DNA from: Octopus sinensis | Lineage: Eukaryota | Length of the DNA stretch: 64,000 nt | Assembly (NCBI RefSeq): GCF_006345805.1 | Contig: NC_042998.1 | Location: 118,730,001-118,794,000 of the forward strand | Direction of reading: 5' to 3' | Shown: positions 28,201 through 41,150 of the stretch, piece by piece | Layout of the letters: each line of letters begins with the position of its first letter | How positions within the stretch are numbered: the stretch's first letter is position 1 | Position numbers and translations under genes: made by a program | Notes under the pieces: model-generated | Told to the model about the DNA's origin: nothing | Database searches by the model: none | What the model saw: the letters and a program-made list of their open reading frames with translations, nothing else

Positions 28201-28480
28201 ATATATGTATATATATAGATATACATATACACAGTCACACATAATGTATGTGGTTTTGATAAGTATATATAGTGACAAACACTTTTGTGAAAGCTGGGTT
28301 GGAGAAAGGACGAAATATTTGTATGGTCATTAAGGTGGTATAAGGGATAGAATAATCATAAGGCAATCCACTACGATCATTTAAGTGCATGTGTGTGTCT
28401 GTAGGTGTGCGTCCATGCGTGCCGCTGTGTACAGATATAGTTTAATCACTATTCTATCTATCTCTCTCTCTCACACGCAC

Positions 28481-28581
<101 letters not shown>

Positions 28582-29063
28582 AGCAACAGGTTGCTTAGCC
28601 ACATACCGAAAATTTAGAAATAGCAGTCAAAGACCGCTTATTTCTATTTTCTACAAACATAACTCCACATATAACATATACATGTAACTCACATATGTAA
28701 AATCAGAAGGAAAAATAACGAAAACAAAGTCTTCGGTCAGTTACGGACGCGATTCTGTGTTAGAATTATAAATAAATTCATTCCCGTCTTCAGCGTAGCA
28801 TTCCATTAGATAAATTTGCAAATGTTATTTACATACATTTTGCTTCCCGACTTCGCGCCATCGGAGATAGCAGGAGATAGTAAACACAAGCCAAATCCAT
28901 ATAGACGAATAAATTCGTATTTTCCCCCCAAAATTTGCCATGTGTGTTACAAAACTAATTCCTCAGGAGAACTCTGGTTTGTTATAAGGGAGTGAACAAT
29001 TCCATTATTAATAATATAAGGATAAATAATTACCCATATATATTATTTACCATTATCTTATTA

Positions 29064-29138
<75 letters not shown>

Positions 29139-29141
29139 TAC

Positions 29142-29174
<33 letters not shown>

Positions 29175-29192
29175 TGTATGTATGTATGTATG

Positions 29193-29227
<35 letters not shown>

Positions 29228-29749
29228 ATAATATTAGTTAGTAAATCCAAACTTACAGGGAAAAATTAGATTTAGGATTAAATCAAATTTCTCAGTGTAA
29301 ATATATATTTAAATTAAATTAGAAATAAAACCACTATAATGCAAATTAAACAGTGAAAAACATAATCCAAAACATAAAAATAAATATAATTAATATAATA
29401 TACAAAATACATAAAATATAAAATTTTAAATTTAGATTAAATTAAATTTAAAACTTTTAATTTATATTTATAAACATTTATATTTTTTAAATTTTAAATT
29501 TATAAAATTTTTAACTTTTAATTTTTTAATTCTTTAATTTATTATTATTATTTTTATTTTTATTTTTTATCTTTATTTTTATTATTATTTTTTTTATAAC
29601 TATCAAAAAGTATTAAAAAGTTTAATATAATATTAGAAGTAAAACCACTACGTACCTTTCATGGCCATAACCCAATTCGAATTACCATTAATTTTAAAAA
29701 TAGAGTAAAATTACAATTTTCACCTGTAGCTCATCCGCTGCTCTGTTTC

Positions 29750-30810
29750 AGTCTTTTAGTGTAGTGGCGTTGAACTGCTTCAAGCTCCACTATCAGTTTG
29801 GCACCATGTGGTGACAATAACTGGGAGAAATTGTCCAGGCGGCTGTGAACAAAGGTTCTCTACGAGGTCAACATAGTTTCTTGGACTCTAGTGTTGAATA
29901 ACCTCAGTAGCCATCCTGCTAGCTGTCTTCACTTTGTTGCCATCTTAGTAATATGCATATAACATAATGCATCATTGCACATACTGATTCCCAAGTCTTT
30001 CACTGCCTGTAACTTCGGGATTGTAGTACTTCCGGGTGCTGTATATGCAGGATGTAGTGCATTCGTGAGTTGAAATTTTTCGGCATTAAACTGCATGTTG
30101 TCTATTTCGACCCACTTGTATATCGAATTCAGGTCCCGCTGCAAGCTTGCGACGTCATCTTGGTATTTTATTGCATGTGATAATTTTGTATCATCGGCAT
30201 AGCAAGTGACAGTAGCTGTCTGGATGACCGTGGGCATGTCTAAGAGGGATATTATGAACAGTAATGACCCCAGAACAGTTCTCTCGGGGAAACCACTTAA
30301 GATTTGAGTTTCTTAAAAAAAGGGTAACATTGGTTGCAACTACCTGACTTCTGATATTAAGGAAGTCATGCAGCCACTCTCCCAGTTTACCAGTAATGCC
30401 AAGGTCTCGTAGTTTATGACACATCATGCCGTGATCTGCTTTATCTTTACTAAGTGAAGGTATGTAGACACAATTCTACATATGTGTACGTATGGCTCAA
30501 CGACAATTGAATTCGGTTTTGGATTCACTTTCAAGGAGTTAACTCTCTGATTAGTTGCATCGTAACTCACCAGCACCCTCATTGCAGTGAAACACACCGT
30601 ATATTGATGATACACCTCGATCATAGAACATTGGGGTAGAGGTGAAATGTTTGCAGGTAAATTTTGCTTTTATTAGCGTGTGCCCTACGAAGTATTGCAA
30701 GCGGCATTCTTTTTTTGATAATATTATATCACCAGCAATGCTGGTGGTAACATCTAATACGCATGTATTGTTTCTCAAAGCATTCACTGAATGACCCAAG
30801 TTCTCAACAA
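29750..30810 (-). mobile_element. CR1/L2-like LINE reverse-transcriptase remnant
   Basis: CHKLRDLGITGKLGEWLHDFL..RSQVV; CYADDTKL..DDVASLQRDLNSIYKW..MQFNAEKFQ; frameshifted. Confidence 0.88.
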
Positions 30811-32683
30811 CTCGTTTTTAGCCCATAGTTTCACCATCTAATATGATCAACTTGCATCTCTGCAAGAGCTTCCTCTTAGTTGAAGCCGTTATGATGTTCC
30901 ACAATAGTTGTTTATGTTGGCTAAAATATAGAAGTAGCTTAAACATAAAATATGCATTCCTTCGACTATTCCCAAAACGCTGCCCCCACATCTCTTGAAA
31001 GTACAATATAGACAATTTACAGAATTTGACGAAACTTTTCAATCATATTCATAAAGATTATATCATACCGGCAGGAGTATCGATGAAGAAGAGTCCTCTT
31101 TTTCTATTTTCTATAATCTTCAGGATGCAAAAATCAGACCTTAACTCCGTAATCTACCAATCGGGGTAGATATACTGATTGTAAAGGTTTCAAATCTTGC
31201 AACAACGCCGAAACCTTCACACACCTAACACAAAAGAATTTTGCCTACTTTGATCTATGTGCTATAGGATGATTAAAATTAGCTTAGGAGAAAAGTTCTC
31301 CGTTGGGGCCCCCAAATTGACCCTATTACAGTACTTATAAATAATCGTTGTTAAATGTGACGAAAGCGTACTAGCTGAAATGAACAGTACTTCCGTTCAA
31401 AATAATACCTACAGTAAACTGCGTTATAATTTCATATTGTATGCGTTTGGGCAGAACAGTTTATATTTATTGAAAGTTTGAAGGCTGATGAAACAGGAAT
31501 ATTTTAATTTGTGACAAGTACCGATAAATAATATCTGCTTGAGTTTCCTTCATATCGAGAAATGAAAGTTGATGTTTTAAAACATGAAAAAGCAAGAACT
31601 TCACTATCAAAAATCTTGTATTTTAATTTCAAAATAAAATTCAGATGTCACGATATTGACACCGAATATTCGAGCAGAGAAATGTTTCCTGTCCTAGCAT
31701 TCACTTAAAGCGTATATAATATATCTACATAAGAAATGATTAAAAGCCTACTGCGGCGACATAAACCATGTTTTGCTCGTAAAATGCCGTTAGACTGCAA
31801 TTGTTTAAGCTGATGAGACGAGTTTGCGTTACGTTAAAAGTGTAGATAAGCCACAGCTATATTTTTACCTCTTGTCCTCGTAACTTTGGTTTCCTTGCAT
31901 TTTTCATTATCACCTAGACAACTCACTCTCATTATTTTCTGTTTCACTCTTTCAATGTGTTTCTCTATCTCTATCTTTCATTTTCTATCTTACACAGTCA
32001 CTCTTTCTATCTTTCTTTTTTCCCCTCAAATATTTGACATAAATATGGAAGAACAAATTAAGTTTCAATTTTATGTAAAGAAGTGTGGTGGTTTACATTT
32101 AACAATAAATGTTACATAATCTGTCAATTCCATCGCAGAAATTTTGTGAGATTGTTACAGGCGCACGTTCAGTTCTTTCTCAATGAATGTATGTGTGTGT
32201 ACATTTGAGCGTAAGTGAGTGTGAGCATGTGTGTGTAAAGTGAGAGTATAAGAATGACGCACGCACAGAGATACATATCTTTGTGCATTTACACAATAGG
32301 AAGTAAAACAATGTGTTATATTACCCATAGTGCTGAGAATAGTTGGTTTCTACACCGATTGACACGATTCTTTGCGTGATCAGTGATGAATCGTGAAAAC
32401 TTGGAGTAATAAATTCAGCTCAACAAAATATAGTCACAATTTACTGAGTACATATTTTTCTTTTGGAATTTCAAACTTACGAGCATGCACACACATATAC
32501 ACACATACACACACATACAAACACATACACGCATACATATACACGCATATATATATATATATATATGCATATATGTAAATATATATTATATATATATATG
32601 CATACATATATATATACATGCATATATTCATATATGTATACATATATATTTTGTATATACGCATAGATATATTGATATGTGTA

Positions 32684-32735
<52 letters not shown>

Positions 32736-32834
32736 AACACACACGTATATATAGATGCATATATATACATATATATGTATATGTATGTATCTTTGTATGT
32801 ATGTATGTATATACATATATATATACATGTATTT

Positions 32835-33318
32835 ATGTATGTATCTATGTACCTATGTATGTTTGTGCGCATGCAAATACGCGTGTACATAAGTATATCC
32901 ATGGCAGCAAGTAAAAATAAATATCTTCAAAAATATTCAATATCGTTTTTTTTTTAAGTAATTCGTTTCATCTCTGCATTCGTATATTTCTTTTCCTAAA
33001 TAGTGACGTTTCATTAACCAAACACTTAGACTTCACAAGGTTGCCTAATTTCAATTACTACATCGTTATTAGTTCTTTCTTAATTAACTTCACAGCATGA
33101 GACATGTTCACATCACCTCACAACTGTTAAACTTAATTATTGACAAAAATATTAACATCTGAAAATAATTTTTCTCTTTTTAAAATTATAAGTCTCAGAA
33201 CGCAAGACCTTACCATAAACATAATTGTTATAATCATACACTCTTACATGTGCACACACTCAACTTGTGCAACTGTGACTAGTGTGCCAATACCTGTATG
33301 TATATATATATATATATA

Positions 33319-33350
<32 letters not shown>

Positions 33351-33353
33351 AGA

Positions 33354-33397
<44 letters not shown>

Positions 33398-33410
33398 TAT
33401 ATGTATATAC

Positions 33411-33441
<31 letters not shown>

Positions 33442-33926
33442 CATATAATATATATATGTATATGTATGTATCTATGTACCTATGTATGTTTGTGCGCATG
33501 CAAATACGCGTGTACATAAGTATATCCATGGCAGCAAGTAAAAATAAATATCTTCAAAAATATTCAATATCGTTTTTTTTTTAAGTAATTCGTTTCATCT
33601 CTGCATTCGTATATTTCTTTTCCTAAATAGTGACGTTTCATTAACCAAACACTTAGACTTCACAAGGTTGCCTAATTTCAATTACTACATCGTTATTAGT
33701 TCTTTCTAATTAACTTCACAGCATGAGACATGTTCACATCACCTCACAACTGTTAAACTTAATTATTGACAAAAATATTAACATCTGAAAATAATTTTTC
33801 TCTTTTTAAAATTATAAGTCTCAGAACGCAAGACCTTACCATAAACATAATTGTTATAATCATACACTCTTACATGTGCACACACTCAACTTGTGCAACT
33901 GTGACTAGTGTGCCAATACCTGTATG
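32835..33926. repeat. Near-perfect tandem duplication, about 465 bp unique sequence plus microsatellite spacer, period 626-627 bp
   Basis: 32835-33300 matches 33462-33926; I found only a 1-nt indel (tttcttaatt vs tttctaatt). Confidence 0.95.
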
Positions 33927-33929
33927 TAT

Positions 33930-34024
<95 letters not shown>

Positions 34025-34055
34025 TATATAGATATATATATATATATAGTATATG

Positions 34056-34087
<32 letters not shown>

Positions 34088-34117
34088 ATATATATATAAT
34101 AAATATTGTCTCGAATA

Positions 34118-34155
<38 letters not shown>

Positions 34156-35162
34156 TATGTATATGTATATATATATACATATATATATATATATAATATA
34201 TATATATATATACATGTATAGATAAATAGATAGATATAGATATATAATATATATATAATATATATATATATATGTATACGTATGCATGTATGTGTGTAGG
34301 CATGTATGTATTTATGTATGTACATATGTATTAATGCATATATATATATATATATATGTTGTTATGTGTACATGTATATATATATGTGTGTGCTTATGTA
34401 TGTATATATATGTAGATATGCATATATATATACATATTCTTTATATACACACTCACGCGCACACACACAAACGCACACATACACATACATACACGTATAG
34501 GTATATATATGTATACACCAAATATATGTGTATAGGAACATATATTTGCAAATAACTCTACTTACCAATAACTTTACGGATAAACTAATATGCACTCCAT
34601 ACTATAGCAAATGTAATTTTATTGCATTTATTAGTTCAAAGAAATTTACGTCTCACGTTAATCAGATTTGAGGCACCGACATAATCCTCAGACGATCTCA
34701 AAGGTTGTTTGTGTATATCAATGCACACACTCACAGACATTCCTCTATTTAGCCATGCACATACGCACACACGCATGCACATATACACACACATGTCTGT
34801 ATATACGTGTATTTCTGTATATATCGAAGGAAGAGAGAAAAAATGTTCGTGTCCTTTCAAAGGAGAAAAGTAAAACTCAATACAGGGTGGAGAGCACATA
34901 TAGTATTATACTTTTTACCTTTTCCCTTTTACTTAACTCATTATATTGTAGCCACGCTAGACACCACCTTGACGAATTTTTAGTCGTATAAACCAACCCC
35001 AGCCCTTATGGGTTTAAGTACTGATAATATATATACATAATTAATCCGCTCCCAAAACGAAGGAAAAACGCAAGAAGAAAAAAACAACAACGCGAGGGCG
35101 TGGTACGTGCAAAGTATTAACAGACGCGCGCGGAAGGAAAATATATACATATATATACATCT

Positions 35163-35285
<123 letters not shown>

Positions 35286-35358
35286 AAGATATATATACAT
35301 ACGTTTATATATTTGTTGTGCAAGATTTTTTATGTGAAGTCGTGTGTTGAAACAGATA

Positions 35359-35800
35359 TTGTTATATTTCGGAATGGTCATTTTGCCAGTTTAGCCAATA
35401 AAAACACACGCACTATATATTTTTGGTGTTATTTTGCTTCAGCGTTATTTAATTTTTACATTAATCTTAATCTTATTTCGGCCAGAGTTCTTCCGTCACA
35501 CTCATGTGACCGCATCAGTGGTCCTTTGTTTTCTTCTTTCTTATTTGCGTCTCTCCTTACTAACCGACAACCATTTTGTATTTCTATTACAAAATGACTG
35601 ACGGAGTGACACAAATAAGAAAGAAGAAAACAAAGGACCACTGATGCGGTCACAGGAGTGTGACGAAAGAACTCTGGCCGAAATAAGATTAAGATTAATG
35701 TAAAAAATAAATAACACTGAAGCAAAATAACATCAAAAATATATTATGTGCGTGTGTTTTATTGGCTAAACTGGCAAAATGACCATTCCGAAATATAACA

Positions 35801-35801
<1 letters not shown>
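35359..35801. mobile_element. Foldback element, family C (about 220-bp inverted arms, each with an HHR-like motif), TA-flanked
   Basis: TTGTTATATTTCGGAATGG..CCATTCCGAAATATAACAA with TA on both sides. HHR-like motifs at 35635-35679 (+) and 35480-35524 (-). Confidence 0.9.
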
Positions 35802-35866
<65 letters not shown>

Positions 35867-35994
35867 CAATATATACATACATATATATATATATTATATA
35901 TATATTTATATTTATATATACATATACATATATAATATATATATATGTTCATATATATACATACATAGGTACACACATATACACACACACACAC

Positions 35995-36160
35995 AAATAT
36001 AGTTCAAGGTACAGGAAACAAAAGACGAAGACATGTGAAGGTGTATTAGTTTTTCGCTTGTGAAGAATGGCAAAGTCTTTGACCATTGAAGCTTACGCAC
36101 TTCGACAGAGAAGATTGAGAGGAAAATAAAATGGAGAGAAAATGAAAAAAAAAATGCTCT
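35995..36160 (-). mobile_element. Decayed family B HHR-bearing element
   Basis: Minus strand CTGTCGA-A-GTGC-GTAA-GCTT-CAATG-GTC-AAAGA (36076-36114). Its tail matches the 46422 and 50545 copies (actaatac..gtcttcgtctt). Confidence 0.6.
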
Positions 36161-37222
36161 CACAATGCTCTGGTCGGCTTTTGGTTACAGAAGAAGACAC
36201 TTGCCCAAGGTTCGGGGGGTGAACCTGGAACCATGTGGTTGGGAAGGAAGCTAGTTACCACACAGCCATGCTAGGACTTATATTTGCTTATTGAAATTTA
36301 ATTTTACACGCATGCAATAACACACATACACACACATGTATGTATTTATTTATATATCAATATCTATATCTATGTCTATATCTATATATGTTATATAGAG
36401 GGCATTATTACACATAAATGCCACACGCCAGGAGGGACTCTTAAAATTAAAACAACTAAAATAAACATCGTACCGAAATCAAGTCTTCAAACAAGTCATT
36501 TAAAAACAGAATTTAGCTGCATATCACACTGTGATTTCCTAATCAGTGCAGTGTTATGCACTTTTCACTCCTCAGTGCAAGTATAATTCAAGATATATAA
36601 TGAATGAACAAAAACAACATACCAGGCGAACAACTATCATATCCAACGCAGCATGTAGAAATATTTACCCCTTATACATCTATGTAAATGGCGGGCTTAC
36701 ACATATATAGTTGGATGAGCTCTTCGGCCCTTTATGACAGGTTTTATTTTTCGTCTTGCTGTGTGTTCAACTATCACCCTCCTCACCATGCAAGCTTGGC
36801 GGGGTAGCCAGTTTAATCGCCGACGACCGGATCATGTAATAGGTTGCACTGGGTTAATTGCTACTAGTAGCAAACAAGAGTGACTAATAAAACTGGAGAT
36901 CTATCTGACTTTTTCAGGGGTGAGGGTGCCTAAGGAGACATCCTTGCAGTAAGAAGCAACTCAAACAAGCATTTTGGTAGATTAGATAGTGGTTAGGAGG
37001 CGACTGGTAGGGTTTACGTGAACAACATGAGCAAGCTGGAACATATAGTTCTCTAGGTAATGAATTAAAGAAAAAGAGAAAAAAGAACATCTTTTTTTAG
37101 GAGATGACCACACTAGACTGCAAAAGATATAGCATGTGTGTGTATAGTAATACGTTGCAGAAAGAATTAGTCTAGCGAAGGAAAAGGGGCAAGCTTACAT
37201 TTGAAATGTTTTAAAGCCCAAC

Positions 37223-37265
<43 letters not shown>

Positions 37266-37504
37266 TTAGGGTATGTATGTATTTATGTATGAATCTACAT
37301 TACTGCTGGAAAGAGAGCACTAACTACCAGAAACAGATTAATATATATTATATTAATATTTTGCCACCTGTGTGTGCAAAGGTCATTAGGCAAGTTACGA
37401 CACTAAGATATAACTTCTTTGAAGACCCTGTGCACCTACAGGCAAAACTTAGGTTAGCATCGATTAAACTAAAATATTTTAGATACAAACATATATATAT
37501 ATTG

Positions 37505-37528
37505 TTATTGTTATTATTATTATTATTA

Positions 37529-37576
<48 letters not shown>

Positions 37577-37676
37577 TGGTTTTGCGGCGAGCTGGCAGAA
37601 TCATTAGAACACCAAAATTTTAAACCATCATTATTATTATTGCTCCTGCTGTTGTTGTCGTTGTTGTTGTTGTTGC

Positions 37677-37707
<31 letters not shown>

Positions 37708-37800
37708 GGTGGTGATGGTGGTGGTTGTGGTGGTGGTGGTGGTGGTGGTGGTGGTGGTAGTGGTGGTGGTGGTGGTGGTGGTGGTAGTCGTCGTCGCCGT
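37505..37800. repeat. Compound trinucleotide microsatellite (TAT)n / (TTG)n / (GTG)n
   Basis: Directly visible; interrupted by a SINE head at about 37583-37622. Confidence 0.95.
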
Positions 37801-37807
37801 CGTATAC

Positions 37808-38135
37808 TGGCGAGCTGGCAGATACATCAGAACGCCGGGCAAAGGCTTAGCGGCACATCGTCTCTCTTTGTGTCCTAAGTCCAAAATCTGCCGAGTTCGA
37901 CTTTGTTTTTCATCCTTTCGGGGTTTATAAAGTAAATAACAGTTGATCATTGGGATCGATGTAATCGACTTACCCCTCCCCTAAACTTGCTGGCGTTGTG
38001 CCAATATTTGAAATCATTGTAATTATCATTGTTTAGGCGACGTGCTGGCAGAATCGTTACCCACCGGGAAAATGCTTAGCGCATCTCGTTCGTGTTTAGG
38101 TTTTGAGATCAAAATCCGTCGATGTAGACTTTGCA
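37808..38135 (+). mobile_element. Two tRNA-type SINE copies, family 3
   Basis: ggcgagctggcag..aacgccgggcaaaggcttagc..gagttcgactttg..catcctttcgggg..gatgtaatcgactt; the second head starts at about 38035. Confidence 0.7.
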
Positions 38136-38234
38136 GTGGTTGCTACTGTTAGAAATAGAAATAGAATACCAAATAGAAATGTGCACCCAGCACAAAAAAA
38201 TTAAAAATCAAGATGGAGAGAAATGATTGAATAA

Positions 38235-39330
38235 ATGAAAAGGGAAAGCGATGTATGGGCAATACCTCAGAGACATAGAACGGAAAGACAAAATTAACAC
38301 CTGGGGGTGGTTAAGGAATAGTAATCTAAAAGGGTGCACTGAAGCATTGATATACAACGCTCAGGAACAAGCTCTGAAAACTAATTACACCAAGTTCCAA
38401 ATAGAAAAGTGTTGTGGGTTGCCTCTTTGGAGCAAAAATAAGTTTCACATACTGTGAGTGAGTGTAGCATATTGGCTCAAAAGGGATACAAAAGAAGACA
38501 TGGTAACGTAGTTAGGCATGTGCATTAGATATTGCGTGAGAAATAAGGTCTTAACAGGAGATTAAAATAGAGCATAACCCAGGAGGTGTCACCGAAAATA
38601 AGACGTTTACATTAATCTTAATCTTATTTCGGCCAGAGTTCTTTCGTCACACTCCTGTGACCGCATCAGTGGTCCTTTGTTTTCTTCTTTCTTATTTGTG
38701 TCTCTCCTTACTAACCGTCAGCCATTTTATATGCATGTATTTGACGAAATAGGATCTTGCATGATTTTAAAATCCAGTGCGAGTCAATGAGTGGTGCTAG
38801 AAGACCAGATATTTTTCTAGTCGATAAAATGATGACGGAAACCAAGATCATAAACACTGGTTTCAGATTTTGGCACAAGGCCAGGAGGTTCAGCAGAGGA
38901 GTAGGACGATTACATCGATCTCAGTGTTCAACTGGTTCTTTAATTTATTGACTCCTAAATGCTGAAAGACAAATTTGATTCATTTGAACTCAAAACATAT
39001 AGTCCGAAGAAATGCCGCTAAACATTTTTCCTGGTGCGATAACGATTCTGCCATCGCGCCGTCTTACCAAGGTCAGAGATATTGCTATACCCGGCGATGT
39101 ACGAGTGGATGATAAGGACCTAGAAAAGATGGAGTAGTACAAGCCAATAAAAGGTGATATTGCACAAATGTGGGCAATGAAGTAAGTAAATGTCAACCTA
39201 GTAGTTGTAGTGGCACTGAGAGCATGAACAGCCAAGTTTGAGAAATTTTTTGAAAACATTAGGATTGACATGAGGGTAAAATATGCTCAGAAAAAATTGC
39301 TTTACTTAGACAGTGAAGATTTTGGAACTG
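38235..39330 (+). mobile_element. R4/Dong-like LINE 3' fragment (RLE), interrupted by a family C arm (38607-38745) and a SINE (38868-39055, -)
   Basis: MYGQYLRDIE..WGWLRNSNLKGCTEALIYNAQEQALKTNY; ARRPDIFLVDK; DIAIPGDVRV..LEKME. Confidence 0.88.
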
Positions 39331-39489
39331 ATATTTCGTGTAAGAAGTCCTTGTGAAAACCTTGATTAGAGGTTGTCAGCTCTTACAGAATTAGCTAAGT
39401 GCTCTAAGAAGTGAAATGACGAAGTCGACAGCGACAACAACAAAAACATCAACAGTAAAATTACTAATATTACGTTAGATGTGGAAACC

Positions 39490-41150
39490 GAGATAAGGGA
39501 AATAAACCAAACAAAGAACACTAATACTATAGTAGATTAAGAAACCTTGATGTTAAAATTACTATAAACACAGGCACATACAGAAGACTGAATGACTAAG
39601 ACATTGTAGAACGTATGCAAATGAAAAAAAAGATTAGTAAAGAATATTATAGACGAATGAGATTATTCCTTAAAATGGTGGTAAATTAGAAAGTAATTCA
39701 ATAGGTATCAACACTCTAACTCGCCCAGTAATAATTTACAGTTTTAATACTCTCAACTGCTCATTAAATCGCCTAGCTAGATTGCATAAGAAATCAAAGA
39801 AAATATTGACAGCATTTAAAAGACACCAGCAAAAATTTAATATTGAAGGACTATATTTATCATGTAACCAAGGTGGTAAGGATTTTATACCACAAAGAAA
39901 AAAACATTACAAAGTATAAAGCATAGAACTATAAAAATTTCTGGTACAGAATCATGAAGAAATAATGCAAGTGTTTACAGCACATGAACAAGGCAACACT
40001 TTACTATCTGTAGAGTAAACAGTAAATACAGGGTGAGACATAAAGATCTCCCACATTTGGAGGAGACACTGTGTGGACGTAAGTAGAAGTATAGAGGCGG
40101 GACAGGTTTCATTTGGAAGGCTAAGATTTGTCATTTCTGCATTCATCTTTTAATAACTCAGAAACTTCTCTCTTTTTTTAGGTTCTACCATTTTCATATT
40201 CATAATTAATTACTCTAAACTTTGAGGAGAGTGGTGGGATGGCCGACAATGTCACAAGATTTAAACTTTGTGACTTCTTCCTTTGCGGATACCTAATAGA
40301 AAAAGTTTTCCGACGTCGTCCTTGAACTTCTGGGGATTTGAAAGAAACGATTCGTGAGGAAATCAACGCAATACCACCTGAGATAACCCATAGAGTCATG
40401 ATAAATTTGTTCCTGCATGGTGATGTTCTCTTTTTATACTCATTTACAACGTGGTAGATCTTTATGCTCCACCCTGTACAAAAGAGAGTCTATGATAGCC
40501 GATAACAACACGGAGAAACAACGAGAGAAATCGTGAAACAGTTAATATCTACATTATCTGTATTATAACTGGGCCCCAAAATACTGTTTAAAATGGTAGC
40601 AAGAAGAGCCTCTAGAATAAGTTCACCAGGGTGGTACTGGACAAGTAGAAGTCACAAAAGAACCATGGAACTCAAACCAGAGACTGAACGTTTCTTGAGA
40701 TAGGCAGAGCATTAAAGTCTCCTCCCAGAGACTATTACAAGAGTGCAATGAAGCAGAAAACAATAACTCCAGAATATGTGGAGATGTGGAAGAAGCACTT
40801 AACGACATTATCTTTGAGTGTCCTTTTTAACCAAAAAATATTTACGTCTACAAGCATCACAGACTTGGAGCTTACATACGCTATCTTATGCCAGAATTAT
40901 GAAATGACAATTGAAAATAGACACAAACCAGAAAAGGTCTATGTTTATATGACGGTGAAGTAACTATACTCTGTGATATAGCCAGCTGGAAACTCAAGTT
41001 TGACTGATCAGGAGCAGCAGGAAAAGAAATGCCTTCGAATCGATATACAAGCTCCAACAGATGATAATTTATCTCCAAATGAGATCGAAAAATTATCTAT
41101 ATATTCAAATCTGTAAATAGCCAACTTAGATGTGAGAGCTAAAAACTGAA
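39490..41150 (+). mobile_element. R4/Dong-like LINE fragment (RT C-terminus to RLE), heavily decayed
   Basis: KKISKEYYRRMRL..GINTL.RPVIIYSF..LYLSCNQGGKG; LKPETERF; ICGDVEE; KCLRIDIQAPTDDN..EIEKLS.Y. Confidence 0.82.
40029..40476 (+). mobile_element. Internally deleted Tc1/mariner-superfamily transposon (448 bp) nested in the LINE
   Basis: TIRs cagggtgagacataaagatct and agatctttatgctccaccctg, with TA at 40027-28 and 40477-78. The interior encodes WPTMSQDL..CDFFLCGYLIEKVF..DLKETIREEINAIP (decayed WPPRSPDL-type C-terminus). Confidence 0.92.

Noticed and set aside
31805-31845. CTGATGA-GACG..CGTT-ACGTT
   Set aside because: GAAA is missing and there is no stem I; at best a decayed relic.
35359-35801. 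Classification of family C as a Tc1/mariner-type MITE
   Set aside because: Variable inner breakpoints, single-arm copies and the HHR-like motif fit PLE-type retro-inversion better, though a MITE origin is not formally excluded.
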